Shown piece by piece: positions 53,957 through 63,984 of a stretch of 64,000 nt of DNA (position 1 is the first letter of the stretch; every line of letters starts with the position of its first letter). The notes beneath the pieces were generated by a model, which was given only the letters and a program-made list of their open reading frames with translations, was not told the DNA's origin and made no database searches. This stretch comes from an uncultured Bacilli bacterium. Lineage in GTDB: Bacteria; Bacillota_I; Bacilli_A; RF39; UBA660. Both the position numbers and the translations under genes were made by a program. The DNA is taken from the NCBI GenBank assembly GCA_947632115.1, contig CANROB010000001.1, forward strand, positions 26,161 through 90,160. Direction: 5' to 3'.

Positions 53957-55714
53957 ATGTTTGGAAAAATAGTGTATATTAGCGATAATGTGGCGCATGT
54001 ATCTATCCCACAGGATGGTCCTGTCATCATGAATTTGATGAATATGCATGTTGTTTTTGAAGATGAAGATAAAAAGATTTTAGGGGAAGTAGAAGATATT
54101 TCTGCCGATACTATTAAAATTCGCTTTTTAGGAGAATTAGCTGATGGCCAGTTTGTCGGTGGTGTTTTAAGAAAACCAAATTTAACGGCAAGAACCCGAA
54201 TTATTACGCCAGAGGAACTAAAAATCATCATGGGTGAGAAAAAAGATGGATCCCTTCTTCTCGGTATGAGTCCTCTTTATGAGAATATGCCTGTTATGGT
54301 AGAAATTAATGAACTTTGTAGTAACCATATGGCTATTTTTGGTAATACAGGTAGTGGTAAATCTTATGGAGTAGCTAGATTTATTCAGAGTTTGTTCTAT
54401 AACCCAGAATTTGTTCCTTATAAGTCTAACTTTATGATTTTTGATGCTTATGGAGAATATCATAATGCATTTCAAAATATTAATCAGATTAATCCTAATT
54501 ATAACTTTAAATTCTATACAACGAATCCAGCTCAGTTAAAAGAGGGAGGAGAACTTCTTCGCATCCCTTTATGGCTTTTATCACTAGATGATTTCGCACT
54601 TCTTTTAAATGCAGAGAAGCACTCGCAGTTACCAATTATTGAAAGAATGTTAAAGTTAGTACGAGTTTTTGCAACAGATGGAGATATTAGTACTCGTTAT
54701 AAGAACCACTTAATTGCTAAAGCTATTATGGATATTATGTATACGAACCAAACTTCTGCTAGTAAAAGAAATGATATTTTTTCCATTTTAGCTAGTTGTT
54801 CTACGGATCAGTTTAATTTGGAAGCTCCTGTTCAAGGACTTGGATATGTCCGAAAATTTCGGGAATGTTTCTTAATTGATACGGCTGGTCAATTTACAGA
54901 AAGTGTATTGATTACTCAGTATATTACTTCTTTTATCGATGATAATTTAGAGAAGTATGAACCATCTGCAGACCACTACTTTACGCTAGATGATATGGAA
55001 AAAGCACTTCAATTTACTTTGATTTCAGAAGGACTTCTTCGTAATGAAAGACTTTATGATGAGGCGATTACTTTAAAAGTACGGTTGCATTCTATTGCCA
55101 TAGGAGAAGCAAAAGAATTCTTTAACTATCCACAATATATTAATATGGAAAACTATGTAGCTTCCCTTGTTACCAAAAATGGTAAAAAGGCACAACTAGT
55201 CAACTTCAACCTAGAGGATGCGGATGATCGAATTGCGAAAACTATCGTTAAGATTTATTCGAAGTTGTTGTTCGATTTTACCAAACGTTTGAATGTAAGG
55301 GCATCTATTCCATTCCATATTGTCTTAGAGGAATCTCACCGTTATGTTCAAAACGATAGTGATAACTTCTTGCTTGGTTACAATATCTTTGAACGTATTG
55401 CTAAAGAGGGTCGTAAATTCGGTTTACTATTGCTTTTGATCTCACAGCGACCAGTTGAGTTATCTGAGACCGTTATTTCTCAGTGTACAAACTTCTTAAT
55501 TTTTAAGATGTCTCACCCAAGAGATTTGGACTATTTGAAAAAGATGTTACCAAATATGAGTTCTGAGATTATGGAAAAACAGAAGAGCTTACAGCCTGGT
55601 ACTTGCGTTGCCTTTGGACGTGCTTTTAAAATTCCGATGATTGTAAAAATGCCAATCCCAAATCCAGAACCATACAGTAGTAATGCTGATATTGTTGGTA
55701 GATGGACACAATAA
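53957..55714 (+). CDS. HerA/FtsK-like (DUF87) ATPase with an N-terminal HAS-barrel, in an orphan bacterial location.
   Basis: Walker A is IFGNTGSGKSYG and Walker B is FHIVLEESHRY. The sensor is LISQRP. The N-terminal barrel region is GKIVYISDNVAHVSIPQDG…VGGVLRK. Length is 585 aa. It has an AAGGGTGAG RBS. Confidence 0.65.
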   Translation: MFGKIVYISDNVAHVSIPQDGPVIMNLMNMHVVFEDEDKKILGEVEDISADTIKIRFLGELADGQFVGGVLRKPNLTARTRIITPEELKIIMGEKKDGSLLLGMSPLYENMPVMVEINELCSNHMAIFGNTGSGKSYGVARFIQSLFYNPEFVPYKSNFMIFDAYGEYHNAFQNINQINPNYNFKFYTTNPAQLKEGGELLRIPLWLLSLDDFALLLNAEKHSQLPIIERMLKLVRVFATDGDISTRYKNHLIAKAIMDIMYTNQTSASKRNDIFSILASCSTDQFNLEAPVQGLGYVRKFRECFLIDTAGQFTESVLITQYITSFIDDNLEKYEPSADHYFTLDDMEKALQFTLISEGLLRNERLYDEAITLKVRLHSIAIGEAKEFFNYPQYINMENYVASLVTKNGKKAQLVNFNLEDADDRIAKTIVKIYSKLLFDFTKRLNVRASIPFHIVLEESHRYVQNDSDNFLLGYNIFERIAKEGRKFGLLLLLISQRPVELSETVISQCTNFLIFKMSHPRDLDYLKKMLPNMSSEIMEKQKSLQPGTCVAFGRAFKIPMIVKMPIPNPEPYSSNADIVGRWTQ

Positions 55715-55810
55715 AAAGTGAAAGACGAAATAACATCGTCTTTTTTCTATTATCTTAGTATACTACTCTTGAAATCTTTTTCTTTTTCATAAAGTAATAT
55801 AGGTGATAAT

Positions 55811-56470
55811 ATGAAGTTTATTGCACATCGAGGAAATGATAATCATTCCTATTATGAAAATAGTAAAGAGGCCCTTCTTTGGTGTTTAGATCAAGATTAT
55901 ATTGATGGAGTAGAGTTAGATATTCGCCTGACGAAAGATAAAAAATTTCTTATCCATCACAATAATTCTTTCTTAGAACTGGGAAACAAAATTCATTTTG
56001 TTCAGGATGAAACCCTAGAAGAATTACAAAAAATCAATTTAGGAACTAAAAAGAATCCCCATCATTTAGATTCTTTAGAAGATTTTTTAAGTAGAGTAAA
56101 AAGTTCTAAAATGATTCTTTTAGATGTGAAAAAGGAAATAGGGGACTTTACTCCTCTTATTCGTCCTCTTCAAAAAATCTTAAAAAAGTATGATGATTTA
56201 AACTTGTACCTTTGTAGTTTTCAATATTCTATTATCAAGTTATCGACAAAGATGTGTAAAGTTAAAATTGGTTTACTCGTTAGTGATTTTATCAATAAAA
56301 ATAAGAATTATGATGCTTTTGATTTTTTATCGGTTTCTAAAGGTGCTTATCCTGATATTTCCTCTTCCAAGAAGAAAATGGTTTGGACAATTCAAAAAAA
56401 ATCAGAATTAAAAAGATTTTCCAAGGATATCTATGTCATTACTGATTGTGCCTATCATTTAGGAAAATAG
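55811..56470 (+). CDS. Cytoplasmic glycerophosphodiester phosphodiesterase family (GDPD/PLC-like) protein.
   Basis: HRG motif FIAHRGN, YENSKEAL, and E-x-D motif GVELDIRLTKDKKFLIHHNN. There is no signal peptide. Length is 219 aa, which is short for the family. Confidence 0.55.
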   Translation: MKFIAHRGNDNHSYYENSKEALLWCLDQDYIDGVELDIRLTKDKKFLIHHNNSFLELGNKIHFVQDETLEELQKINLGTKKNPHHLDSLEDFLSRVKSSKMILLDVKKEIGDFTPLIRPLQKILKKYDDLNLYLCSFQYSIIKLSTKMCKVKIGLLVSDFINKNKNYDAFDFLSVSKGAYPDISSSKKKMVWTIQKKSELKRFSKDIYVITDCAYHLGK

Positions 56471-56973
56471 GCATTATCAATCATAATGGTGGCATGGCGA
56501 TCTAGTCGTTTAATGAGATGGATTAGTCTTCTTTGCTTTTTTCTAGTAGTTGGAATTACAAGAACTTTTTTATTGCTATTGATGTCTATTCCGGATAGTT
56601 CTAAAACGGAATAATGTTGTTCCCGAATCTTAGCGGGAATGGTTTCTTTTTCTGGATTGATAATGGCAATAATCATATTACTTCCAAGAGCTAATTTCTC
56701 TTCTAGTAAGGATCCTAAATAAGAGCCTAGAAAAGTTCCAAGTGAGTAGATTAAGACTTTTAAAGGGTCTTTTTGAATATCTACAATGACTAAGGAAGTA
56801 GAAAAAATCCAAGAAAAAGACATAAGAAAGTTAAGGAATGCTCCTAATAGTTTTTTTCCGTTTGCGATAACAATGATTCTTAAAGTAGCAAGAGCATTCT
56901 CAATAATTTTTAAGAAAAAAATAAACAAATAAGTAATAGTATCACCCTTTATTATTGTGTAAAATGAAAACAA
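56455..56973 (-). CDS. UPF0316/DUF2179-like small membrane protein.
   Basis: 172 aa, with four N-terminal TM helices and a C-terminal soluble domain. It resembles the YebE/UPF0316 family architecture. Confidence 0.4.
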   Translation of the reverse strand: MFSFYTIIKGDTITYLFIFFLKIIENALATLRIIVIANGKKLLGAFLNFLMSFSWIFSTSLVIVDIQKDPLKVLIYSLGTFLGSYLGSLLEEKLALGSNMIIAIINPEKETIPAKIREQHYSVLELSGIDINSNKKVLVIPTTRKKQRRLIHLIKRLDRHATIMIDNAYFPK

Positions 56974-57023
56974 TTCTATACGAATAGTTCATTCCTATGA
57001 TATAATAGTAATTGGTGATAAGA

Positions 57024-58322
57024 ATGTTTGAAAGCTTAGGAGAGAGATTACAAAACGCCGTTAATAAGATTAAAGGATATGGTAAAATAACGGAAGAAAA
57101 CATCAGTGATGTAACAAGAGAGATTCGTCTTGCCTTGCTAGAAGCTGATGTAAACTATAAAGTCGTAAAAGAATTTATTGACCATGTAAAGGAAAAAGCA
57201 TTAGGGGAAGAAGTGGCTAAGTCTTTAAAGCCAGGAGAAATGTTTGTTAAAATCTTAAAAGATGAGTTAGTAGATCTTTTAGGAGGAGAGAAAGCAGACC
57301 TTTATACAACAGGAAATCCTTCTATTTTAATGCTTGTAGGATTACAGGGTAGTGGTAAAACAACAACCATTGGTAAATTAGCGCGCATGTTAAGAAAGAA
57401 ATATAAAAAGAATCCACTATTAGTTGCCTGTGATGTCTACCGTCCTGCTGCTATTGATCAGTTAAAACAAATTGGAAAAGAATTAAATATAACCGTTTAT
57501 GATGAGGGTAAAGGAAATCCCGTTATGATTGCTAAAAATGCAATTGCTTATGCTAAAGAGAATCACTATGATTATATTTTAATTGATACGGCTGGTCGTC
57601 TTCATATCGATGAAGAATTAATGGAAGAACTACAAAATATAGAAAATGAAATCCATCCTCATGAAGTTATGCTTGTTGTCGATAGTATGACAGGACAAGA
57701 TGCTATCAATGTTATTCAAGGATTTAATGAAAAACTTTCTTTAACAGGAGCCATTTTAACGAAATTAGATGGTGATACGCGTGGTGGAGCTGCTCTTTCT
57801 ATTCGGCATCTTACCAATGTACCTATTAAATTTATTGGTATTAGTGAGAAGATGGATGGGTTAGATGAGTTTTATCCAGAGAGAATGGCAACTCGTATTC
57901 TTGGTATGGGAGATCTCATGACCATGATTGAAAAAGCAGAAGAAGTGATTGATCAAGATGAGGCAATGCGGTCTGCGAAAAGAATGCAAGAAGGTAAATT
58001 TGACCTAGAAGATTTCTTAAGTACTTTAAAACAAATTAAAAAGTTAGGACCTCTAGAAAATTTAATTAAAATGATTCCTGGTGTTCCAAAAGAAGCTAAA
58101 AATATCAAAGTAGATCCAAAGGATATGGCACATATTGAAGCCATTATCTTATCGATGACTCCTTATGAAAGAAGACATCCGGAAGTCTTAAAGGCAACTC
58201 GTAAACAAAGAATTGCGGCTGGGTCTGGAAGAACAGTGGAAGAAGTCAATCGTCTTGTAAAACAATTTGATCAGATGAAACTGATGATGAAACAGATGAA
58301 GAATGGAAAAATGCCATTTTAA
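57024..58322 (+). CDS. ffh: Signal recognition particle protein Ffh.
   Basis: MFESLGERLQNAVNKIKG, GLQGSGKTTT and DTAGRLHIDEELM are present, along with the M-domain. The ATG at 57024 has a GGTGA RBS. Confidence 0.9.
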   Translation: MFESLGERLQNAVNKIKGYGKITEENISDVTREIRLALLEADVNYKVVKEFIDHVKEKALGEEVAKSLKPGEMFVKILKDELVDLLGGEKADLYTTGNPSILMLVGLQGSGKTTTIGKLARMLRKKYKKNPLLVACDVYRPAAIDQLKQIGKELNITVYDEGKGNPVMIAKNAIAYAKENHYDYILIDTAGRLHIDEELMEELQNIENEIHPHEVMLVVDSMTGQDAINVIQGFNEKLSLTGAILTKLDGDTRGGAALSIRHLTNVPIKFIGISEKMDGLDEFYPERMATRILGMGDLMTMIEKAEEVIDQDEAMRSAKRMQEGKFDLEDFLSTLKQIKKLGPLENLIKMIPGVPKEAKNIKVDPKDMAHIEAIILSMTPYERRHPEVLKATRKQRIAAGSGRTVEEVNRLVKQFDQMKLMMKQMKNGKMPF

Positions 58323-58333
58323 GGAGTGATAAC

Positions 58334-59068
58334 ATGTTAGATTATGATGTAAAGACAAGTTTTTCGAAAACTCGTGTCAATGTGAATGATAAGACCATAA
58401 AAGTGCCTCTTTTAGATTTAAGCAAGAATTATATTGAAGTGGAAGAATTCCCAGAGGAAGTTTCTACCCCAGATAGTCAAATGGACAATTTAGCGAAGGA
58501 TCATCACGAGGAGGTTGCGCAGACATCTCTTCACTTACCAGTATTTTCTCAACATGACGGGAAATGGGCAGAATGTGCATATGGTACTAAAACATTAAAT
58601 GAAAGTGGCTGTGGGCCAACTTCTTTAGCGATGGTACTAAGCTATATGGAAGGGAAGTGGATTACACCGCCTAATATCATAGAGAAATTAGACCAGGTGC
58701 CAGGGAAAAAAGCAGGATGGTATTATATTCAGGATGTCGGTACCGATCATAATATGTTTTTAGCGTTAGAAGATCTTTATGGATATAAAGCAGAGAAGTA
58801 TTATGGTATGATGAGTCCTGATAAAATTGAAAAGGCTTTATCAGAAGGAAAATATGTGATAGCAGGAATAGGTAAAGGACCCATTTATGATGGAGATGGG
58901 CATTTTATTGTGATTCGTGGTACTGATGAAGAGGGAAATTTTTACATTAGTGACCCTAATCTTGGTAATACCGAAAAAGAGAATTACTTTTTAACGAATC
59001 AGGCTTATTCTTATGCAGATTTAGGAAAGATTAAATCCCTAATTATTATTACTCCTAATCATTCTTAA
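58334..59068 (+). CDS. C39-like papain-fold cysteine peptidase domain protein.
   Basis: GCGPTSLAMVL (catalytic Cys) and GHFIVIRG (His) are present. Length is 244 aa. Confidence 0.5.
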   Translation: MLDYDVKTSFSKTRVNVNDKTIKVPLLDLSKNYIEVEEFPEEVSTPDSQMDNLAKDHHEEVAQTSLHLPVFSQHDGKWAECAYGTKTLNESGCGPTSLAMVLSYMEGKWITPPNIIEKLDQVPGKKAGWYYIQDVGTDHNMFLALEDLYGYKAEKYYGMMSPDKIEKALSEGKYVIAGIGKGPIYDGDGHFIVIRGTDEEGNFYISDPNLGNTEKENYFLTNQAYSYADLGKIKSLIIITPNHS

Positions 59069-59162
59069 ATACCTTTTTAGGTATTTTTTTCTTTTGTAGG
59101 GAATTTGTTTATGCCATTTCTTTTTTCCATCATAAGATAAATTAGATAAGGGGGAAAAGAAT

Positions 59163-59432
59163 ATGTTTAATCAAAATTGCTGTAATAACAATATGTTTGG
59201 AATGCGTCAAAATGGATGTTGTCAAAGACAAATTCAAGAAGTGGTAGAACCAACTATCAACAAATGTGTTGAAAGAGTATTTGAACATGAAGTACCACAT
59301 GTTTGTCCTATTCATACGCATGTAATTAACAAACATGTGTATAATCATACTTATACACCAAGATTTAGTTGTTCTGAAGAAAATCAAATAATCAACAATG
59401 ATTGTGGAAAATGTTCAGGATTTATGAATTAA
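59163..59432 (+). CDS. CotD-like inner spore coat protein.
   Basis: 89 aa, rich in Cys/His/Asn. It shows the V.P….H.P.HTH..N.H.Y.H.Y.P periodicity of the Spore_coat_CotD family. Confidence 0.45.
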   Translation: MFNQNCCNNNMFGMRQNGCCQRQIQEVVEPTINKCVERVFEHEVPHVCPIHTHVINKHVYNHTYTPRFSCSEENQIINNDCGKCSGFMN

Positions 59433-59502
59433 GAAGCACTTATGGTGCTTTTTTTTAAACAATAAAGTCAAAAAGAAAAAGAAGATGTTTTAAAATCTTC
59501 TT

Positions 59503-60885
59503 TTATTTTAGGAAATATTCAAAGTATTCTTCATAAGTAATATTGTTTTCATAAATATATTTGGCGATGTCTTTTCCCACATAACGATAATGCCAAGGTT
59601 CATACATATATCCTGTTAAATATTGCTTATTTTTAGGATAGCGAAGAATGAATCCATATTTATAAGCATTTTTACTAACCCAATCAAATTCTTTTGATTT
59701 TTCAAAATCGCCAATACTATGATTTTTAGAGGTTCCAAGATCCATTGCTAAACCGGTTTGATGTTCAGAATATCCTGGACGAGCAGAGTAAGTATCAGCT
59801 TCTTTTACGCCATCTCTTTTCACATAGTTATTATAAAGAGTAGTTTGATAAGAATAAGAACGATAAGGAGATTGAATATAAGGATATAGGCCTAATTTCG
59901 AAGCGTCATTATACATTTCAATAAAAGCATCATAAGCTTCTTTTTTAATAGAACCTCTTCCATATTTGCTATCAACAGCAACTAAATTGCTAGGGACATA
60001 ATTCTTATCGAGATAATAATATTTGTTTACTATCAGTAAATCTTCTTTTGATAAATCAGTAGGGGTAATATCTTTATAAGCAGTTAGGTCAATATTACTA
60101 TTTACACGAGTAATAATTTCATCTGCACTTAAATTGCGATGAGTTAAATAATACTTCCGATAACGTTCCATATTTCTAGAAACCATATACTGTTTTCCTA
60201 GGAATAGGGCAGTAATTTCTTCCAATGGAATATCCTCCTCTGAAGGCTCTTTTTGATTATTATTACTTGATTTATTATTTGAATTCGTATTGGATGAAGT
60301 ATTGGAATTTGTATTTGAATTTTTTTCTTCTACTGGTTTTTCTTCTATCACTGGTTTTAAATTGGTATTAGGGTCTTCTTCTTCCTTACTGGTATTGATA
60401 TCAATGACAACCTGATCAATAGAAAGTTCTTGATGTTCTTGATAATATTTTAAATAGTCATCCAAATAAGATTCTCTAAATTTTTCATGATGAATAAGAT
60501 CATGGATATCAGGGTTATAAGTGATATCTTCCAATCCATGGTTGACGAAGAAGACAATATCATAGGAAGGTGCATTTGGATAACGTTTTAAAAATTGTAG
60601 ATAATAAGCAAAAAGATTTTCTTGAAAGTCCTTCTCTTCTAGAATATGCAATAAGTTACTTTGATAATCATAATCTAAAACCGTTTCTAAATTTTTTTTC
60701 TCTAAACTTTTCTTTAATTCTTTAATTTCTTCTTTGGAATAACCAATTTCTTTTAATTTGGTATCGATAGACTTATGTTGAAAGAAGTAAAGTCCAAGTC
60801 CTATCCAAAAAAGGAGAAAACAAAGAGAAAAAATGAGAATGCCTTTTTTTATTTTACGCTTCTTTTTCTTTTCCACACTATTCAC
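59503..60885 (-). CDS. VanY-type D-alanyl-D-alanine carboxypeptidase (M15B) with an N-terminal TM segment and an Asn/Ser-rich linker.
   Basis: SEHQTGLAMDLG and EPWHYRYVG are M15 zinc-ligand motifs. The low-complexity segment is NSNTNSNTSSNTNSNNKSSNNN. Confidence 0.75.
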   Translation of the reverse strand: MNSVEKKKKRKIKKGILIFSLCFLLFWIGLGLYFFQHKSIDTKLKEIGYSKEEIKELKKSLEKKNLETVLDYDYQSNLLHILEEKDFQENLFAYYLQFLKRYPNAPSYDIVFFVNHGLEDITYNPDIHDLIHHEKFRESYLDDYLKYYQEHQELSIDQVVIDINTSKEEEDPNTNLKPVIEEKPVEEKNSNTNSNTSSNTNSNNKSSNNNQKEPSEEDIPLEEITALFLGKQYMVSRNMERYRKYYLTHRNLSADEIITRVNSNIDLTAYKDITPTDLSKEDLLIVNKYYYLDKNYVPSNLVAVDSKYGRGSIKKEAYDAFIEMYNDASKLGLYPYIQSPYRSYSYQTTLYNNYVKRDGVKEADTYSARPGYSEHQTGLAMDLGTSKNHSIGDFEKSKEFDWVSKNAYKYGFILRYPKNKQYLTGYMYEPWHYRYVGKDIAKYIYENNITYEEYFEYFLK

Positions 60886-61834
60886 CTTCTATAAAGTAGG
60901 CATAATATTCATCAAACGTAATATCATGTTGATAAATATAAGTGGCAGCTTCTATCCCTACATAGCGATAATGCCAAGATTCATATTCATAACCTGTTAA
61001 GTATTCTTTTCCTTTTGGATAACGAAGAATAAATCCATATTCATGTGCATGATTTTTTAACCAGGTAAATTCTTCGGTAGCTTCAAAAGTACTTGCGTTA
61101 GCGCCATAGGTCATAATGTCCATAGAAAGACCCGTTTGGTGCTCCGAAAATCCTGGACGAGCTGCCATGGCATCGGTTTCTTGTTGACCATACCATTCTA
61201 AATACTTTCCATATAAGTCATCTTGATATTGATAACTTCGATATGCGGAATTAATGATAAGGTCTTGACCATCTTCTTTAGCGGCATTATACATAGAGAT
61301 AAATTGCGAATACGCTTCTTCTCGTAGTTGTGGGTCATCCCCGTAAGCATACCAGTTTTTTACTTTTGTTAGGTCTTCAGGAGTATAATTTTCTGGTAGC
61401 TGATGAAATTTATTACATAAAAGAAGATAATCTTTACTTAAATCCGTTTCTGTATATTCCGAATACCAATCTTTATCGGCTCCTACATTGATAATAGCAA
61501 CAATATTGGAAAGTTCATCTTCTGGATGTTCTTTTTGATAGGCTAGGTATTTTTCTAAGTTCTTTTTTAAATAATAAGTTTCTTTCATAAACTTAATAAT
61601 GTTTTGATCCATTTCTAGTTCTAGTAAGTGGTCTAGCTCTTTATCTTCTAGTTTTTCAATTAAAAAAGCCGTATCTTCCTTAGAATACCCGTGTTCTTCT
61701 AATTTAAACTCATATGTTTTTTGGTAATCTAGTTCTTGTTTCCAGCGAAAAATTCCAGCGACTAGAACAATTCCCACAACAACGATTCCAATAGCGATAG
61801 TAACATTTCTTTTTTTTACTCTGACCTTTGTCAT
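60878..61834 (-). CDS. VanY-type D-alanyl-D-alanine carboxypeptidase (M15B), a tandem paralog.
   Basis: SEHQTGLSMDIM and ESWHYRYVG are present, with an N-terminal TM segment. It overlaps the downstream paralog by 8 nt. Confidence 0.75.
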   Translation of the reverse strand: MTKVRVKKRNVTIAIGIVVVGIVLVAGIFRWKQELDYQKTYEFKLEEHGYSKEDTAFLIEKLEDKELDHLLELEMDQNIIKFMKETYYLKKNLEKYLAYQKEHPEDELSNIVAIINVGADKDWYSEYTETDLSKDYLLLCNKFHQLPENYTPEDLTKVKNWYAYGDDPQLREEAYSQFISMYNAAKEDGQDLIINSAYRSYQYQDDLYGKYLEWYGQQETDAMAARPGFSEHQTGLSMDIMTYGANASTFEATEEFTWLKNHAHEYGFILRYPKGKEYLTGYEYESWHYRYVGIEAATYIYQHDITFDEYYAYFIEGE

Positions 61835-61947
61835 ATACCCTCCTTATTTCTAAAGTTATTCTACCACAAAAGGAGGAAAAATAAAACTTCTATTGTGGGC
61901 GATTTTAAAATATGCTATAATAGTTTCAATGAAAGTGAGATGAGTTT

Positions 61948-62748
61948 ATGCCTATTTTGATTATGTTACTTGTTGTTGTTTTTCTAGTGTTTATTTGCTC
62001 TATTAAGCAGATTAACGAATATGAAAGAGGAGTTAAGTTTACTTTAGGAAAGTTTTCTTCTATTATGAATCCTGGATGGAACCTTGTATTTCCTATTTTT
62101 CAAAGTTACAGTAAAGTAGATATTCGTACGAAGGCTGTTGATGTTCCAGAACAAGAAGCCATTACGAAAGATAATGTTTCTGTTCGGATTAATGCCGTTA
62201 TTTACTACAAAGTTTTTGACGCTAGTAAGAGTGTGCTTGCTGTTCAAAATTACTTCTATGCCGTTAGTCAGTTAGCGCAGACAACGATGAGAAATGCGGT
62301 TGGTGCAGTTTCTTTGGATGAACTTCTTGGGGAAAGAGAAAAGATTTCTAGTGAAATTTGTAATATCATCGATCAAGCAACCGACCCATGGGGCATTAAA
62401 GTAGAAAATGTGGAATTAAAGGATATTGCTCTACCAGAAGAGATGAAAAGAGTAATTGCGAAAGCAGCAGAGGCAGAGCGTGAAAAAGCTGCCGTTATCA
62501 CAAAAGCAGCTGGAGAAGTAGAAGCCTCTCTTAATTTAGCCAAGGCAGCAGAGACAATGAATAGAACTCCTGGAGCACTTCACTTACGTACTCTTGCTAC
62601 GATTAATGATGTATCTTCTGATCAATCTAATACCATTATTTTTGCTCTTCCTGTTGAAATGCTTCGGGCATTTGAAAGAGCAGGAGAACCAAAAAGTCCA
62701 TCTTTAGAAGATATTGCTCGTTTGATAAATACGAAAAATAAAGAATAA
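61948..62748 (+). CDS. SPFH/Band-7 (stomatin/prohibitin-like) membrane protein.
   Basis: An N-terminal TM segment is followed by an SPFH domain (VPEQEAITKDNVSVRINAVIYYKV…) and an Ala/Glu-rich coiled C-terminus. Confidence 0.7.
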   Translation: MPILIMLLVVVFLVFICSIKQINEYERGVKFTLGKFSSIMNPGWNLVFPIFQSYSKVDIRTKAVDVPEQEAITKDNVSVRINAVIYYKVFDASKSVLAVQNYFYAVSQLAQTTMRNAVGAVSLDELLGEREKISSEICNIIDQATDPWGIKVENVELKDIALPEEMKRVIAKAAEAEREKAAVITKAAGEVEASLNLAKAAETMNRTPGALHLRTLATINDVSSDQSNTIIFALPVEMLRAFERAGEPKSPSLEDIARLINTKNKE

Positions 62749-62814
62749 AGTATCTACGGATACTTTTTTTGTTTTATTTTTTTCATTTCTACATAAGGTT
62801 TAGTAGAGGTGTTT

Positions 62815-63984
62815 ATGAAAAAATTATTGTTTTTAGTACTTTCTTTTTTCTTACTTCTTCCTACTACTTTAGCCGTTGAGGGAAATCTTCTTGCTCCTAG
62901 TGCGAGAAGCGCCATTTTAATAGAAGCATCAACGGGAGAAGTTTTATATGAATTTAATTCCCATGAGAAATTAGCGCCTGCTTCGATGACGAAGATGATG
63001 AGTCTATTACTTATTATGGAAGCTTTAGAAAATGGTTCTATTCAATATGATACCAAAGTTACCGCCAGTAAAAATGCATCCGATATGGGTGGGTCACAAA
63101 TTCTATTAGAAGAAGGAGAGACCATGACGGTTGATGACCTCTTAAAGGGAATTACGATTGCTTCTGGAAATGATGCAGTTGTCGCGATGGCAGAAGCAAT
63201 TGGGGGAAGTGAAGCTAACTTTGTTAAAATGATGAATGAAAAAGTAAAAGAATTAGGACTTAAGGATACTCATTTTCAAAATAGTCATGGACTAGATACA
63301 GAAAATCATTATTCTAGTGCTTATGATATGGCGATGATTGCCAAGGAACTTGTGCGTCATGAAAAAATCTTAGAATATTCCTCTATTTATGAGACGTATC
63401 TAAGAAGTGGAACTGACCGTCAAACCTGGCTTGTCAATACTAATAAACTAGTCCGTTTTAAAGAGGGAGTAGATGGATTAAAAACAGGATATACGGGAGA
63501 CTCGCTTTACTGTCTTACAGCTACTATGAAAAAAGAGGGAATGCGGGTTATTGCTGTTGTGATGGGAGAACCTAGTAGTACTACTAGAAATGCGGAAGTA
63601 AGTGGTATGTTAGATTATGCTTTTGCGCAGTATGGTCTTCAAAAATTACTTTCGAAAGATAGTGTTGTCGATACTATCTCACTAGAAAAATCAAAACAAG
63701 AGCGCGTTTCGATTGTTCCTAAAGAAGATGTCAGTATGCTTTATAAGAAAATGGAAAAGAAAATAACCCCTACCTATGAGATTCATTATCATAAGTTAAA
63801 ATCTAATATAGCTGTAGGAGATAGCGTTGGAACCTTAACGATTAAAGATGGTACAAAGACACTTCGAAAAGTAGAGTTAACAGTTTCTGTACCAGTTCAA
63901 AAGGCCAATATGTTTCATCTATTCCTCCGTTATATGAAAAATATTATTACTGGTAATATTCATTTTCAAAAGAAAACAAATTAG
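62815..63984 (+). CDS. Serine-type D-Ala-D-Ala carboxypeptidase (PBP5/DacA/DacF family, S11).
   Basis: Signal peptide present. Motifs SMTKMMS (SxxK), SGND (SxN) and KTGYT (KTG). A C-terminal beta-sandwich domain is present. Confidence 0.8.
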   Translation: MKKLLFLVLSFFLLLPTTLAVEGNLLAPSARSAILIEASTGEVLYEFNSHEKLAPASMTKMMSLLLIMEALENGSIQYDTKVTASKNASDMGGSQILLEEGETMTVDDLLKGITIASGNDAVVAMAEAIGGSEANFVKMMNEKVKELGLKDTHFQNSHGLDTENHYSSAYDMAMIAKELVRHEKILEYSSIYETYLRSGTDRQTWLVNTNKLVRFKEGVDGLKTGYTGDSLYCLTATMKKEGMRVIAVVMGEPSSTTRNAEVSGMLDYAFAQYGLQKLLSKDSVVDTISLEKSKQERVSIVPKEDVSMLYKKMEKKITPTYEIHYHKLKSNIAVGDSVGTLTIKDGTKTLRKVELTVSVPVQKANMFHLFLRYMKNIITGNIHFQKKTN

